A stretch of DNA of 64,000 nucleotides from Octopus sinensis. Taxonomy: Eukaryota. Below the pieces are notes generated by a model. That model did no database searches. It saw only the letters and a program-made list of their open reading frames with translations, and was not told the DNA's origin. Below, piece after piece: positions 12,000-23,300 of this stretch. The DNA lies in NCBI RefSeq assembly GCF_006345805.1, contig NC_042997.1, positions 183,954,001-184,018,000 of the forward strand. The letters are read 5' to 3'. Each line of letters starts with the position of its first letter. Within the stretch, counting starts at the first letter, position 1. Made by a program: the position numbers and the translations under genes.

Positions 12000-12450
12000 T
12001 TTACATAATGTGGTGCCTGAAGGAAAGGCATCCAACCACCAGGGTAGAACCTTTGCTTTTTTCCCGAGGCTCCACTTACTTGGTGCATATCACTCCCAGC
12101 TTTCTTAGTACAAGCTTCCATCTTTTTCCGAATCTCTCTCGTGATAGGTACCTCTTCTCCAGCCTGATCTTACTATTGAGGTGGTAATTAAAATAAGTTG
12201 ACTAACCCCTGCCTGGATACTAAGGTACCTGTCACTATTCATTTCACACGTGTCTTCCATACTGCTTCTTTTAATACGGCTACCACGCTAAGGGAAGGAG
12301 GCGGCACAATCACGATGAGGGACTCAGCTGATAGCTGTACTCTTCCCATCGATGCTGTTCTGTGAACACTATCAGTCTTTTTAATTTCGGACATTCCACA
12401 AATGCGTGCGAGACGGTTTCCCTGTATATATAAGGACCCGAACCCTTCAA
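12000..12450 (-). pseudogene. Decayed L1/Tx1-like LINE ORF2 C-terminal fragment
   Basis: Minus translation AVLKEAVWKTRVK*..FNYHLNSKIRLEKRYLSRERFGKRW resembles L1/Tx1 ORF2 ends. Confidence 0.45.
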
Positions 12451-12479
12451 AGGGATGTTTAGCCTCCAAGATCATGAGG

Positions 12480-13330
12480 AAAACCCTAATTTGTGATTTC
12501 AAAAGGATTATATTTTCCTCAAGGTTACGAGGGGAAAACTTGGATCCTGTGAATTTTCCGAAGTCCTCTCCCCACCCCCTTGGAAAAGATTTTTTCCACA
12601 AATTTCTTTATAATCGTAATCTATACAGTTTGAAATGTATTTATTTAAAATTTCATTAAAAAACCCAATTTTCCTAAAAGTTAAGAGGGAAACGGATCTT
12701 GTGAATTTTCCGAAGTCATCTCCCCTCCGCTGTTGCTTTCTGGGCATTTTTGCTTTCGGATTCGTTTCTTACGTGGGTGAGAAGTAGAAAGATATCCATT
12801 TTCCTGAAAGTCACGAGGGAAAAACATCGGATCTTGTGCATTTTCCGAAGTCTTCTCCTCTCCCCATCGGAAAAGATTTTCCGAGCAAATTTCTTTATAA
12901 TCGTAATCTATACCGTTTGAAAGGTAGTTATTTAAAAACATCGGATCTTGTGAATTTTTCGAAGTCCTCACCCACCTCCTTGTTGCTTTCCGGGCATTTT
13001 TGTTTTCATATTCGTTTCCTACACCTTTATTTTAATATTTTATATGTGCACTATTTTATTTTTCGATTTCGTTTCCCGTTTATAATGTTAACATTAACCA
13101 AATAATTTATGAATTGCTTTCTCTTCGAAAGTCTTCCCCTCGGAAAAATTTCTCCCACAAATTTCTTTATAATCGCAATCTATGCTGTTTGAAAAGTATT
13201 TATATAAAATTCTTTTGAAAGATATCCATTTTTCCTAAAAAAATTAGAAGGGGAGAAAATCGGATCTTGTGAATTTTCCGAAAGTCCTCTCACCGCCCCC
13301 CGGTTCGTTGGCGCAATTTTTTGTTTTCAA
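12480..13330. repeat. Irregular tandem repeat array with core ggatcttgtgaattttccgaagtc
   Basis: Core recurs at about 12542, 12694, 12829, 12943 and 13262. Confidence 0.8.
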
Positions 13331-13797
13331 ATTCGTTCAATACACATTAAAAAAATTTTTTTTTTACACCTATTACACTTGTTTCGTTTTTGTTTTGGTG
13401 GTCGGTTGTTAAAGCAAACATTAACCAAATCCTTCAATGCAGTGCCCTAGTATGGCAGCATTCCAATGACTAAAACAAGATATATCCCACTGTCCCACCG
13501 AGATGGATGTAACCAGTAGTCGGACAGTGCAATACAGAGCTAGCTGATATATAGGGCAGCAGAGTTATCTCGCTTGAAAAGAAAGCCCACTTGTTAATAT
13601 ATATATATTTATATATTATGCGACATATAAAATATATTATATAAAGTAAAACATCTAAATATTTCTTGAAAAGATATTTTGATACTTATTTTCCTCTTAC
13701 AATAATTACTATTATAGAATAGATCCGTTTCAGTCATAGAACTTCGACCTAGGACACCGCTTTGATGGGTTTAGTCGAATTAATCAACAATAGTACT

Positions 13798-13907
13798 TAC
13801 AAGGGGGTTGTTGAAAAGTTCCTGGCTGAGGGTAAAAGAAAATACAGGAGGATCAGTTATGATTTTATTCAAAACATTCTCCTCTCACATTAATACACTT
13901 ATTACAG
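13798..13907. mobile_element. mariner-like MITE end
   Basis: tacaagggggttgttgaaaagttcc resembles a mariner TIR. Confidence 0.5.
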
Positions 13908-14944
13908 GACGCCCACTTATGTTTTCTCCGTTTTGACAGGGAATTTTCCAATTTTCTTTTTTACCACGGCCTTCGAAATGACGGGGGATAGCTTTGGTTA
14001 AAGTTTGCTTTCTATGTAAAAAAGTTTTTGAAAATTTATGATTTTCACCTCCCCCCCCCACTGTCCGGATCGATTTTGGCAAATTTTTTTGGCACTACGC
14101 ACTTAAAAGCGAAGGGAAAAACCTTTTCAGTTAAAAAAAAAAAATTGAAAATATTTTCAGAGGAAAAGGTGATTTAAGGGAAATTTAGCTGTTATTTCTA
14201 GCACATCCTACGACGTCCCTGATACCTTCCTGGCTTCTTTGTATTGATGTTTTTCAATATTTTCTTCTGATAAACACATTTTATGGAATGGTGGTCCATT
14301 ACTAGGATTTAAGCACATACACAAAAAAATTGCAGCTTAAATTTTTAACCCCCACCCCGCATTAAGCCAGTCCGTGTGTAGGGGATGGGTGGAGGAGTGT
14401 GGTGGTGCGTGCGTGTGCGTAACGCGCGCATGTATGTAAGAAAAAATATTTATTAACAGAAAAGTATGCTATTAAAATGAATTATCTTTTGCATATTTTT
14501 TTAAAAAAAGGGTTTGTAAAAAAAAAAAATTGTAAAAAATCGTTTATGAAGTGTTGCAAGATTCTTGATGTGAAGTCGTGTGTTGAAACACATTGTATTT
14601 CGGGACGGTCATTTTACTGATTTGCAAAATAAACACATGTGAAGAACAAATATATAGTGCGTGTGTTTATTTGCCCCCCCCCCCAGAAAAAACGACCGTG
14701 CCGAAATACAACAATATGAAAAAAAAAATTTTTTAAATTTTTTCATAAAAATCTTCCCTCTATCATTTAGGCCGTGGTAAAAAATATTGGTAAAGTCCCC
14801 GTCCAAACAGAGAAAATCCAGCTTATGTGGGAGTCCTGATCCGAAACTGCCCCCATTTTTTCTTTTGCCAAGCAGCTTCGTTATGGGATGTAAATGAATC
14901 AACACCGGCTTTACTGTACACACATATATATAAATGTATATATA

Positions 14945-15102
14945 TACGACGGGCTTCTTTCAGTCTCTAATCTATCAAATGCACTCATAAAACATTGGTC
15001 AACGCAGGCTACAGTGGAAAGCTCCAGCCCCAAGTGCCACGTAGTGGGACTGAACCCGAAACTGTGTGGTTGGGAAGCAAGCTTCTTACCACACAGCCAC
15101 AG
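14945..15102 (-). mobile_element. tRNA-CORE-like SINE (family C), 5' part
   Basis: tggctgtgtggtaag A box and gggttcagtccc B box on minus. Confidence 0.75.
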
Positions 15103-15452
15103 CTATGTTAAAACATGTAAATTAAGACACAAATATATGGGATATAAACATTTAATAAAGCATGGAATATTAAAAGATAGCTTGATAAATTTGTCTGTTA
15201 CTAAAAGTTGCAGAATAAATTTTAACCTTCACCTCTATTTACGACACTACTTGTTTTCGTACGAATAATGGCAGTTCATTCGGAGGGTCAGTTTTCTGTT
15301 TCATGCTATTTTCTTTGTATATATATCATTATATATCCTTATTTACGATAAAAAAAACTTACAATGTAAACTTATTTCATATTATTGTATTTAATTTTAT
15401 TAATTTAAAGCCATGATATTAAGAAAAGAAAATATTATCGAGCGCTGTATTT

Positions 15453-15465
15453 GTCGCTTAGCAAC
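15453..15465. promoter_or_regulatory. RFX X-box-like motif next to a candidate CCHCR1 first exon (ATG GCG|gtaaat)
   Basis: GTCGCTTAGCAAC fits RYYNYY-W-RRNRAC; lies in non-repetitive DNA upstream of the first traced CCHCR1 exon. Confidence 0.45.
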
Positions 15466-16122
15466 TGATGGCGGTAAATTTCATATTAATCAAATTGAAG
15501 CAAATACTGTATTTACTGAAAAGATTTATCAGTGGTTACCTTATTCAAATAATTACTTTTATTATTTTAATTTCTGCTTTTGATTGGATGATTTTGATTA
15601 TGTTTAAAGTGTGCTATTTTGTTTTTATTCTTACCGTTCCATCCATTTCAAATCGCTGTCCAAAACACAAATAGAATGTTATAAATGCATTTATTTATGA
15701 AATTGTTAGATGTATCATGCTTACTTAACATATTTACATTGTATTAGTCTTACATATTCACAGGACATAACTTAGAGTAATGATTGACGAACTCTGTGGA
15801 GTAGAAGCTAATTAAAGTTTCTAAAGCAGAAACTTATATACGGAATTGTTGTTATTAAGCTTTAGATCAGACCAGATCGAGCAGACACCTCTGATGAAAA
15901 GTTTTCCAGCTTTGACTCTAGTTCTTAAAAATGTTAAGGTGTAATTCGAGGGAAATTTGGTTGCTATTACTAGCCGGTCAATCGACGGATTAGGTACTCG
16001 CTGAAATATATATGGAGTTTTTTGGAGGAGGTAAACAGGCAAATAGCGAATTCTTGGTTTTTCTCAGTACAACGTTTGACGAAGAACGTTCCACAGGTGG
16101 GGTGAATGCCCAAGTTCTATAC

Positions 16123-16950
16123 CAGTAGTTTTCAACCTTTTCAGTGGCTCCCAGCCCTCTTATTTAAACGAATTTTCCCACGGACCCCTTTTGATATGCT
16201 TATCCTTCCAAGAAGAAGCCATGGATGTTGTAGCATGGAAATCTAAATTTACTTACAGAGACATCAACAGAGTATCGCCTGAGGAGATACATATAGATCC
16301 TCTTGTACAGGTAAATCGTTACATAATTTAATTTAAACTTAACTTTAAATCCTGTATATACGAGGATCTGTATGTATCGAAACATTTGTAGCGATTAGAA
16401 AGCTGCCTAAGCATACTTACTCTTCCTTTTGACTCTTTTAGTTTTTACCTTTTATTTTCACACACGAGGATTAACTAAGACTAGAATTGGTAGCATACCA
16501 TAAGAATACTACCGGCTATTTGGGAATTCTAAGGGTGAACGAGCTCTGTTTGTACTCCTATGCGTTAACAGAACACACCTCAACTATATATAATTGAAAA
16601 ATATGATAAAATCTTTATAAGAATTTATCAAGTAGTTAGCGTGAAAAACCTCACAAGGGAAAAAAATTATTATTCCTTTTAAATATATTTATTTATATTA
16701 AGGACATTACTAAACATAAATGCCTCACGCTAGGAGGGACTCTTAAAGTCAAAACTACCATAATAGGCACATTGTACCGTTACAATGTGTTTATTATGGT
16801 AGTTTTGACTTTAAGAGTCCCTCCTAGCGTGAGGCATTTATGTATAGTAATGCCCTTCATATAATATATATATATAGATATTTGAAATCTCGAATTTAGT
16901 TCACGGATCCCCAGTACTACCTTTGCGAACCCCAAGGTTGAGAACCACTG
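16123..16950. mobile_element. hAT-Charlie-like MITE with nested insert
   Basis: TIRs cagtagttttcaacc / ggttgagaaccactg; degenerate 8-bp TSD ttctatac / gtctatgc. Confidence 0.65.
16700..16857 (+). repeat. 77-bp inverted repeat (hairpin) with 4-nt loop
   Basis: Arms 16700-16776 and 16781-16857; 2 mismatches and 2 G-T pairs. Confidence 0.95.
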
Positions 16951-17979
16951 GTCTATGCCTAGCATTTATAGCAGGGATAAAGTGAAAGGTTACGTTTAAC
17001 ACATCGGAGATCTGAAACCCAGCTGGCCACAGTCAAATGATTGAAACAAGTAAAAGAAAAGATTAATATTAAAATTCACAGTCAAAATGCTTAGCAGCAT
17101 TTCGTTCATCTTTACATTCTGAGTTCAAATGCCACCAAGGTTCACTTTGTCTTTCATCGTTTTGGGGTTGATAAAATAAGTACCAGTTGAGTACTGGGGT
17201 TCGACCTAATCGACTTAGCCACTCCCCTGAAATTGCTGACCTTATGCCAAAATTTGAAACCAGTATTAATATTAGAATTAAAGGATCTTTTCCTTTTGAA
17301 TGGCACTTTTCAACACAATTTCTAGTTAACTAAACACTTTTAAACTTCGTATACTGGTAGAATGTGTTTATAAAACATCATTTATTCTGGAATAATTTCA
17401 CAATTTTTTTCTATTTTTAGAATTATATTTCTGAAAAATTTTAAATGAGAAACAATTCTAAATGCAAAGTGAATTGATTCTATATATGTCCTAGTTTATT
17501 GTTAATTTTCGATATAATTTTTATACATAATACTAGTAACAGGTCCAAAATTTTAATTTTGAATTTAGTTTGAATTAAGGAGTCAAACATACAATTTCCT
17601 GTAAGTTAGACCACCTCATGGCCTCAGCAGACGAAATGGAAAAGGTGTTGCCCCAGAGGGTGGCAAGAGAGATGCACTAGAACAGCTACTCTGACTTATT
17701 GGGCTTGTACTTGTGGGCAGCCACCTCTACTCCGATAGCTGTGAGCAAGGATATGGTTCAGGGGCCAAGAATGCCGTAGGTCTCCACTGCCACAGGCTCA
17801 ACTATTTTACCTGTCAGAAAGTGCACGATTCTTTCTGTAGATCTATTTTAAATGCTTCTCATTTAAATTTTTTTATGGCTGTTTTTTATTTGAGGTACTA
17901 AACCACCATTTCTCAACAAATAACTAGATTACAAGAGTTAGTAAATCAGAAACTATTGCATAGATATTGTGTTAACAAA

Positions 17980-18203
17980 TCTATTTCTTTACTACTCACA
18001 AGGGGCTAAACACAGGGGACAAACAAGGACAGACAAACGGATTAAGTTGATTATATTGACTCCAGTGCATAACTGGTGCTTAATTTATCGACTCCGAAAG
18101 GATGAAAGGCAAAGTCGACCTCGGTGGAATTTGAACTCAGAACGTAACGGCAGATGAAATACGGCTACGCATTTTGCCTGGGGTGCTAACGTTTCTGCCA
18201 GAT
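17980..18203 (-). mobile_element. SINE family B with 13-bp TSD
   Basis: TSD ttgtgttaacaaa at 17967-17979 and 18204-18216. Confidence 0.85.
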
Positions 18204-18216
18204 TTGTGTTAACAAA

Positions 18217-18356
18217 AGTAGCTTGCTAACCAACCACATGGTTCCAGGTTCAGTCCCACTGCGTGGCATCTTGGGCAAGTGTCTTCTGCTATAGCCCCGG
18301 GCCAACCAATGCCTTGTGAGTGGATTTGGTAGACGGAAACTGAAAGAAGCCTGTCG

Positions 18357-18389
<33 letters not shown>

Positions 18390-18594
18390 GTGTGTGTCTG
18401 TGTTTGTCCCCCTAGCATTGCTTGACAACCGATGCTGGTGTGTTTATGTCCCCGTCACTTAGCGGTTCAGCAAAAAGAGACTGATAGAATAAGTACTGGG
18501 CTTACAAAGAATAAGTCCCGGGGTCGAGTTGCTCGATTAAAGGCGGTGCTCCAGCATGGCCGCAGTCAAATGACTGAAACAAGTAAAAGAGTAA
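18217..18594 (+). mobile_element. tRNA-CORE-like SINE family C
   Basis: ggttcagtccc B box, cttgggcaagtgtctt CORE-like block, internal (TA)/(TG) tract, gtaaaaga tail. Confidence 0.88.
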
Positions 18595-18768
18595 ATCTAT
18601 TTTGGTGTATATAACTTGGTAAGATTTGTAGTAACATTACATAAAACATGGCTCTTTGCTTATGGATGTTATAAAATCAATTAATTTAACATGTTTCAAC
18701 TTTAAACATGGAAAGCGAATTTATGATAGAAATTTTTTTATTTTTAAATATTTTATTGATACCTGTAG

Positions 18769-18898
18769 GAAACGATGAATTCCAACTTCTACCACCAACT
18801 GCTTTCGAGACATTTTCTGTGGTTGGTGATGCAAACAAACAACTCTTTGAAGTGAAGTCTGAAATTGAAATGTTGAAAAAGGAAAACAAAAAATTGCG
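18769..18898 (+). CDS. CCHCR1: CCHCR1 exon (NDEFQLLPPTAFETF...KENKKLR)
   Basis: ctgtag|GA ... CG|gtatgt; phase 1 to 2. Confidence 0.8.
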
Positions 18899-20277
18899 GT
18901 ATGTTAATACCAGCCTTGCTGTGGCCTTTATTATTATTATTATTATTGATTCATCCCCTCCCCCAAATTGCTGCCCTCATGGCAAAATTTAAATTATTAT
19001 TATTATTATTATTTTCTTCTTCTTCTTCTCCTCCTCCTCCCACTTCTGCTGCCATTGCCACTGCTACCACAAAGGTGGAGGGAGTGTCTATGACATTTGG
19101 AGGTCATCCACTACTGATGAAATCAATGTTGTTGATGTCATCATCATCATCATCATCGTTTAATGTCCGTTTTCCATGCTAGCATGGGCTGGACGGTTTG
19201 ACCAAGGTCTGGGACCCCAGTGCGTAACCGATACTTAATTTATCGACCCTGAAAGGATGAAAGGCAAAGTTGACCTCGGCGGAATTTGAACTCTGAACGG
19301 TGGATGAAATACTGCAAAGCATTTTGCCCGTTGTGCTAACATTTCTGCCAGCTCGCTGCCTCAATAGTGTCTTCTACTATAACATCGGGCTGACCAAAGC
19401 TTAGCGAGTGGATTTGGTAGATGGAAACTGAAAGAAGCCCATTGTGTGTGTGTATTTGTGTCTGTGTTTGTCCTCCACCACTGCTTGACAACCAGTGTTG
19501 TGTTTACATTTCCATAACTTAGCAGTTCAGCAAAAGAGACTGATAGTATAAGTACCAAGCTTAAAATAAGTACTGCTGTCGATCCATTTGACTTAAAAAT
19601 TCTTCAAGGTGGTGCCCCAGCATGGCCGCAGTCTACTGACTGAAACAAGTAAAAGATAAAAGATTAGAGAAAGATACCTAGTTCATCATCATCATCATCA
19701 TCGTTTAATGTCCGTTTTCGATGCTAGAATGGGTTGGATGGTTTGACCGGGGTCTGGGAAGCCAGGAGGCTGCACCAGGCTCCAGTCTGATCTGGCAGTG
19801 TTTCTACAGCTGGATGCCCTTCCTAACACCAACCTAATGCCCAGTTTGAAAATCTGTAAACCAAAATCTGCAGGAAAACAGTGCCAGGGAGTTGTAGTTC
19901 TGAGAGAAAAATATTAATATAAAAGCGTTTACTACATGATCTGGGAAGTGAAATACAGTAGAATGATGAGAGGAAGAGAGACAATTGTGTTAGGTGGAAC
20001 TTGTTAATTCAGAGGACAAATCTTTTATAGAAGAGGCAGAAAGAATAAACATTACATCTTTGAGGCAAGAGACTTTTGTGTGTCAGAGAACTGAAGAGTC
20101 TTCTTTTAGATGTTAAACGTTCTTAGATGCTTGTGTGTTTTAGTAGCAACACTGTCGTAGATATGTGAGCAGTGTTCTAATGTGGGATCTAGTTTGAGAG
20201 CTAGTGACTGAAGAATTCATATAGTCAGTCTATACAAAGGATTAGCTACATGAAGGAAAGCACCAATTTTCTGTAAA

Positions 20278-20318
<41 letters not shown>

Positions 20319-23300
20319 CTGAAGTTGTCTGTGTGTGGCAGGTTTGGTAGCCTTCAACTAACACTATCTACTCCAAGACCCTGCGGCGCAAGTTGACCAA
20401 AATTGAGAGTATGATAGAAGAAGGCTTGCTCTTCATTCCATAGAAGATAAAATTCAAATCGGATCATGTTAAGATCAAAAATTATTTACATCAAAAAGGT
20501 GCTTTTTTACTATGAAAATCCCTATTTTTTACGATTTTTTGACTGCTGTGTTGCCATTTTTTGGTGTATTTCAACCAGAAAAATGTTCACTTAAAGAGAA
20601 TAACAAGCTACATAATGCAAAATTTTTACTTTTCAAAAATTCCAATTCTAAAAGGTCGAAACAAACCCGAGCAATGCTGGGCGATACTACTAGTCTATGA
20701 TAAACAGTAATGATAAATGTATTACTAAAATCAATCAAAAACTCAATCTCACACTCCAAGTAATATAAAATTTCAAGCTTACTTATACTTTGTATAGTTG
20801 TATTTTCTTACAGCCATATGTTAGATATCTCTCTCTATGCCCTCACATATCTACTTTAGCTTCCCCTCCCAGCCACTCCAATTCCTCTCACCATCACTTG
20901 CTACATTCATGTCTTCCCCATCTCTAAGCATATCCCCTCACACTCTTATGGAACACATCTCTCTATCCTTTCTGTACTACTTAAACCCTGCGTTCTGTGA
21001 TCCCTGTTGGTAGGTCCCAATACATCTCTAAAGAAGCATTCTGTGAAAGAGTTTAAAAAAGTACTGACAATGTTTAGATTTGATATTTTCAGATTAGTAA
21101 CGTTCATTCTCTTTATTGTCTCTTGTAGGCAGCAACAAAAAGCACAAATAAGTGATTCTAAGGTAAGCCAGTGACTAATTTAAATTCATTTTCTTCATTT
21201 TTGAAACTGATATTTGTATGCTTATCGGCGAGCTGGGGTCGATATTATCAACTTAATCCCTTTGTCTGTCCTATCTTGCCCAGGATATTAATCGTCTGGA
21301 AGCCGTTCAGTGACGTGCAACCAAGAGAATACCCTCCATCAGGCATTAGCCATATTCTGAATGCCTTACTTCCCTGGGCATGGACACATTGAAACTCTGA
21401 CGTCTGGCAGCTGACTTGGCAGACACCCATAAAATTATTAACCATCTTACAAATTCTGAGCACCTTTTCAAACTCCATCTGTCTAACACCCGTGGACTTG
21501 TTTACAAAATCAGAATACAGCACAGCTCCCATGACTTTCAGTAACATTTCTTCAAACTAAGAGTTGCTGAAGCATGGAACAAACTGCCGACATCAGTTGT
21601 TAGTTGTTGGAGCACTGCATCCTTCAAAACTTCCATGCTTCCTGAGATTCGCCAACACTACACCTGATTTTCTCCCCTCCATACACATGCAAGCATGTAT
21701 CTGACTCATACACTGTTCACTTCCCAGACATTTGTACATTACTGCATATGCTTTATACGCACTTTTGACAAGTTATTATTATTAGGAAGTGATGAGAAAG
21801 ATTAGGTGAAAGGGAAAACAGTGAGAATAGAAGTATTGAAGAACATTCACAGCTTTTGATTTCTATAATTTTACAAAATTGAATGTGCTGTAAACAGTAT
21901 TTTATAGTAATATGTATTCTAACTTCTCTATTTACAGTTTGTTTCTCCAACTAGTGCTGTGTCTCCCATGATCACTTCTGACAACACCAATTTCTTTCAA
22001 CAATCATATTTAGAAAACCTTCTTACACGTCAAGCGAGTGAGGTTTTTGACCTTAAACAGCAGATGTGTCAGCTTACTACAGATCACAGATTGGCAATGA
22101 AGTTGGCTGAGGAACAAAAGCATTCAGAAATTAAGGAAGTGATGCAACAGCAGCATATAATGATGGAAGCATTTAAACATAAGCATTATATTCAAATTAA
22201 AGAAATGAAAAATGAATATGAACAGAATGATCAAGAAAAAGATGCGTTAATTCTAAACTTAAAAACAGAACTTAAGGAGAAAAAGAATCTTTTTGAAAAC
22301 CAGGTGGAATATTTTGTTTAGATATTGTTTTCTTAACATTTCTCTCTACTTTCCCTTTCACCTAATCTTTCAAATTTTAAAATTCTCAAAAAAAATATTC
22401 AGTCAATCTTAGAATGTATAATGTATTCTTAATTTAATATCCTAGAATGATAAGTTTAAAGATTTTGATATTGCAATATGTTTCTGTTGAGGGGAAACTG
22501 TTTCTGCAGCAAGCTGGCAGAAACGTTAGCACGCCGGGTGAAATGCTTAGCAGTATTTCATCTGCTGTTATGTTCTGAGTTCAAATTCCACCGAGGTTGA
22601 CTTTGCTTTTCATCCTTTCTGGGGTGATAAATTAAGTACTAGTTACGCACTGGGGTTGATGCCATCGACTTAATCCCTTTGTCTGTCCTTGTTTGTCCTC
22701 TCTATGTTTAGCCCCTTGTGGGCAATAAAGAAATAAGAAACTATTTTTAATGTACAAGAAAGAATTTAACATTTGGAAAGATATCTGGTAGTTATATCAG
22801 TTTGGATTAATTTACATTTTCTTTTTTTAAATTTTGACTCAGAGGAATATCTTCTAAGTTCTGATTTGTTTATCACGTGATTGTTGCCAGAGCAGCCACA
22901 ACTGGCTTCCGTGCCAGTGGCACGTAAAAGGGCACCATTCGAGCATGATCGTTACCAACGTCACCTTACTGGCACCTGTGCTGGTGGCATGTGTAAAAGG
23001 ATTTGAACGAGGTTGTTGCTAGTACCGCCTGACTGGCCCCTGTGCTTGTGGCATGTAAAAAGCACCCACTACACTCTCGGAGTGGTTGGTGTTAGAAAGG
23101 GCATCCAGCTGTAGAAACTCTGCCAAATCAAGATTGGAGCTTGGTGCAGCCATTTGGTTCGTCAGCCCTCAGTCAAAATCGTCCGACCCATGCTAGCATG
23201 GAAAGCGGACGTTAAACGATGATGATGATGATGAGCCTTTCCAGGGTGCCAAAATGGTATCTCTAGTCATTGCTCTCCTGGTCTGTACATCAATTGGTCA

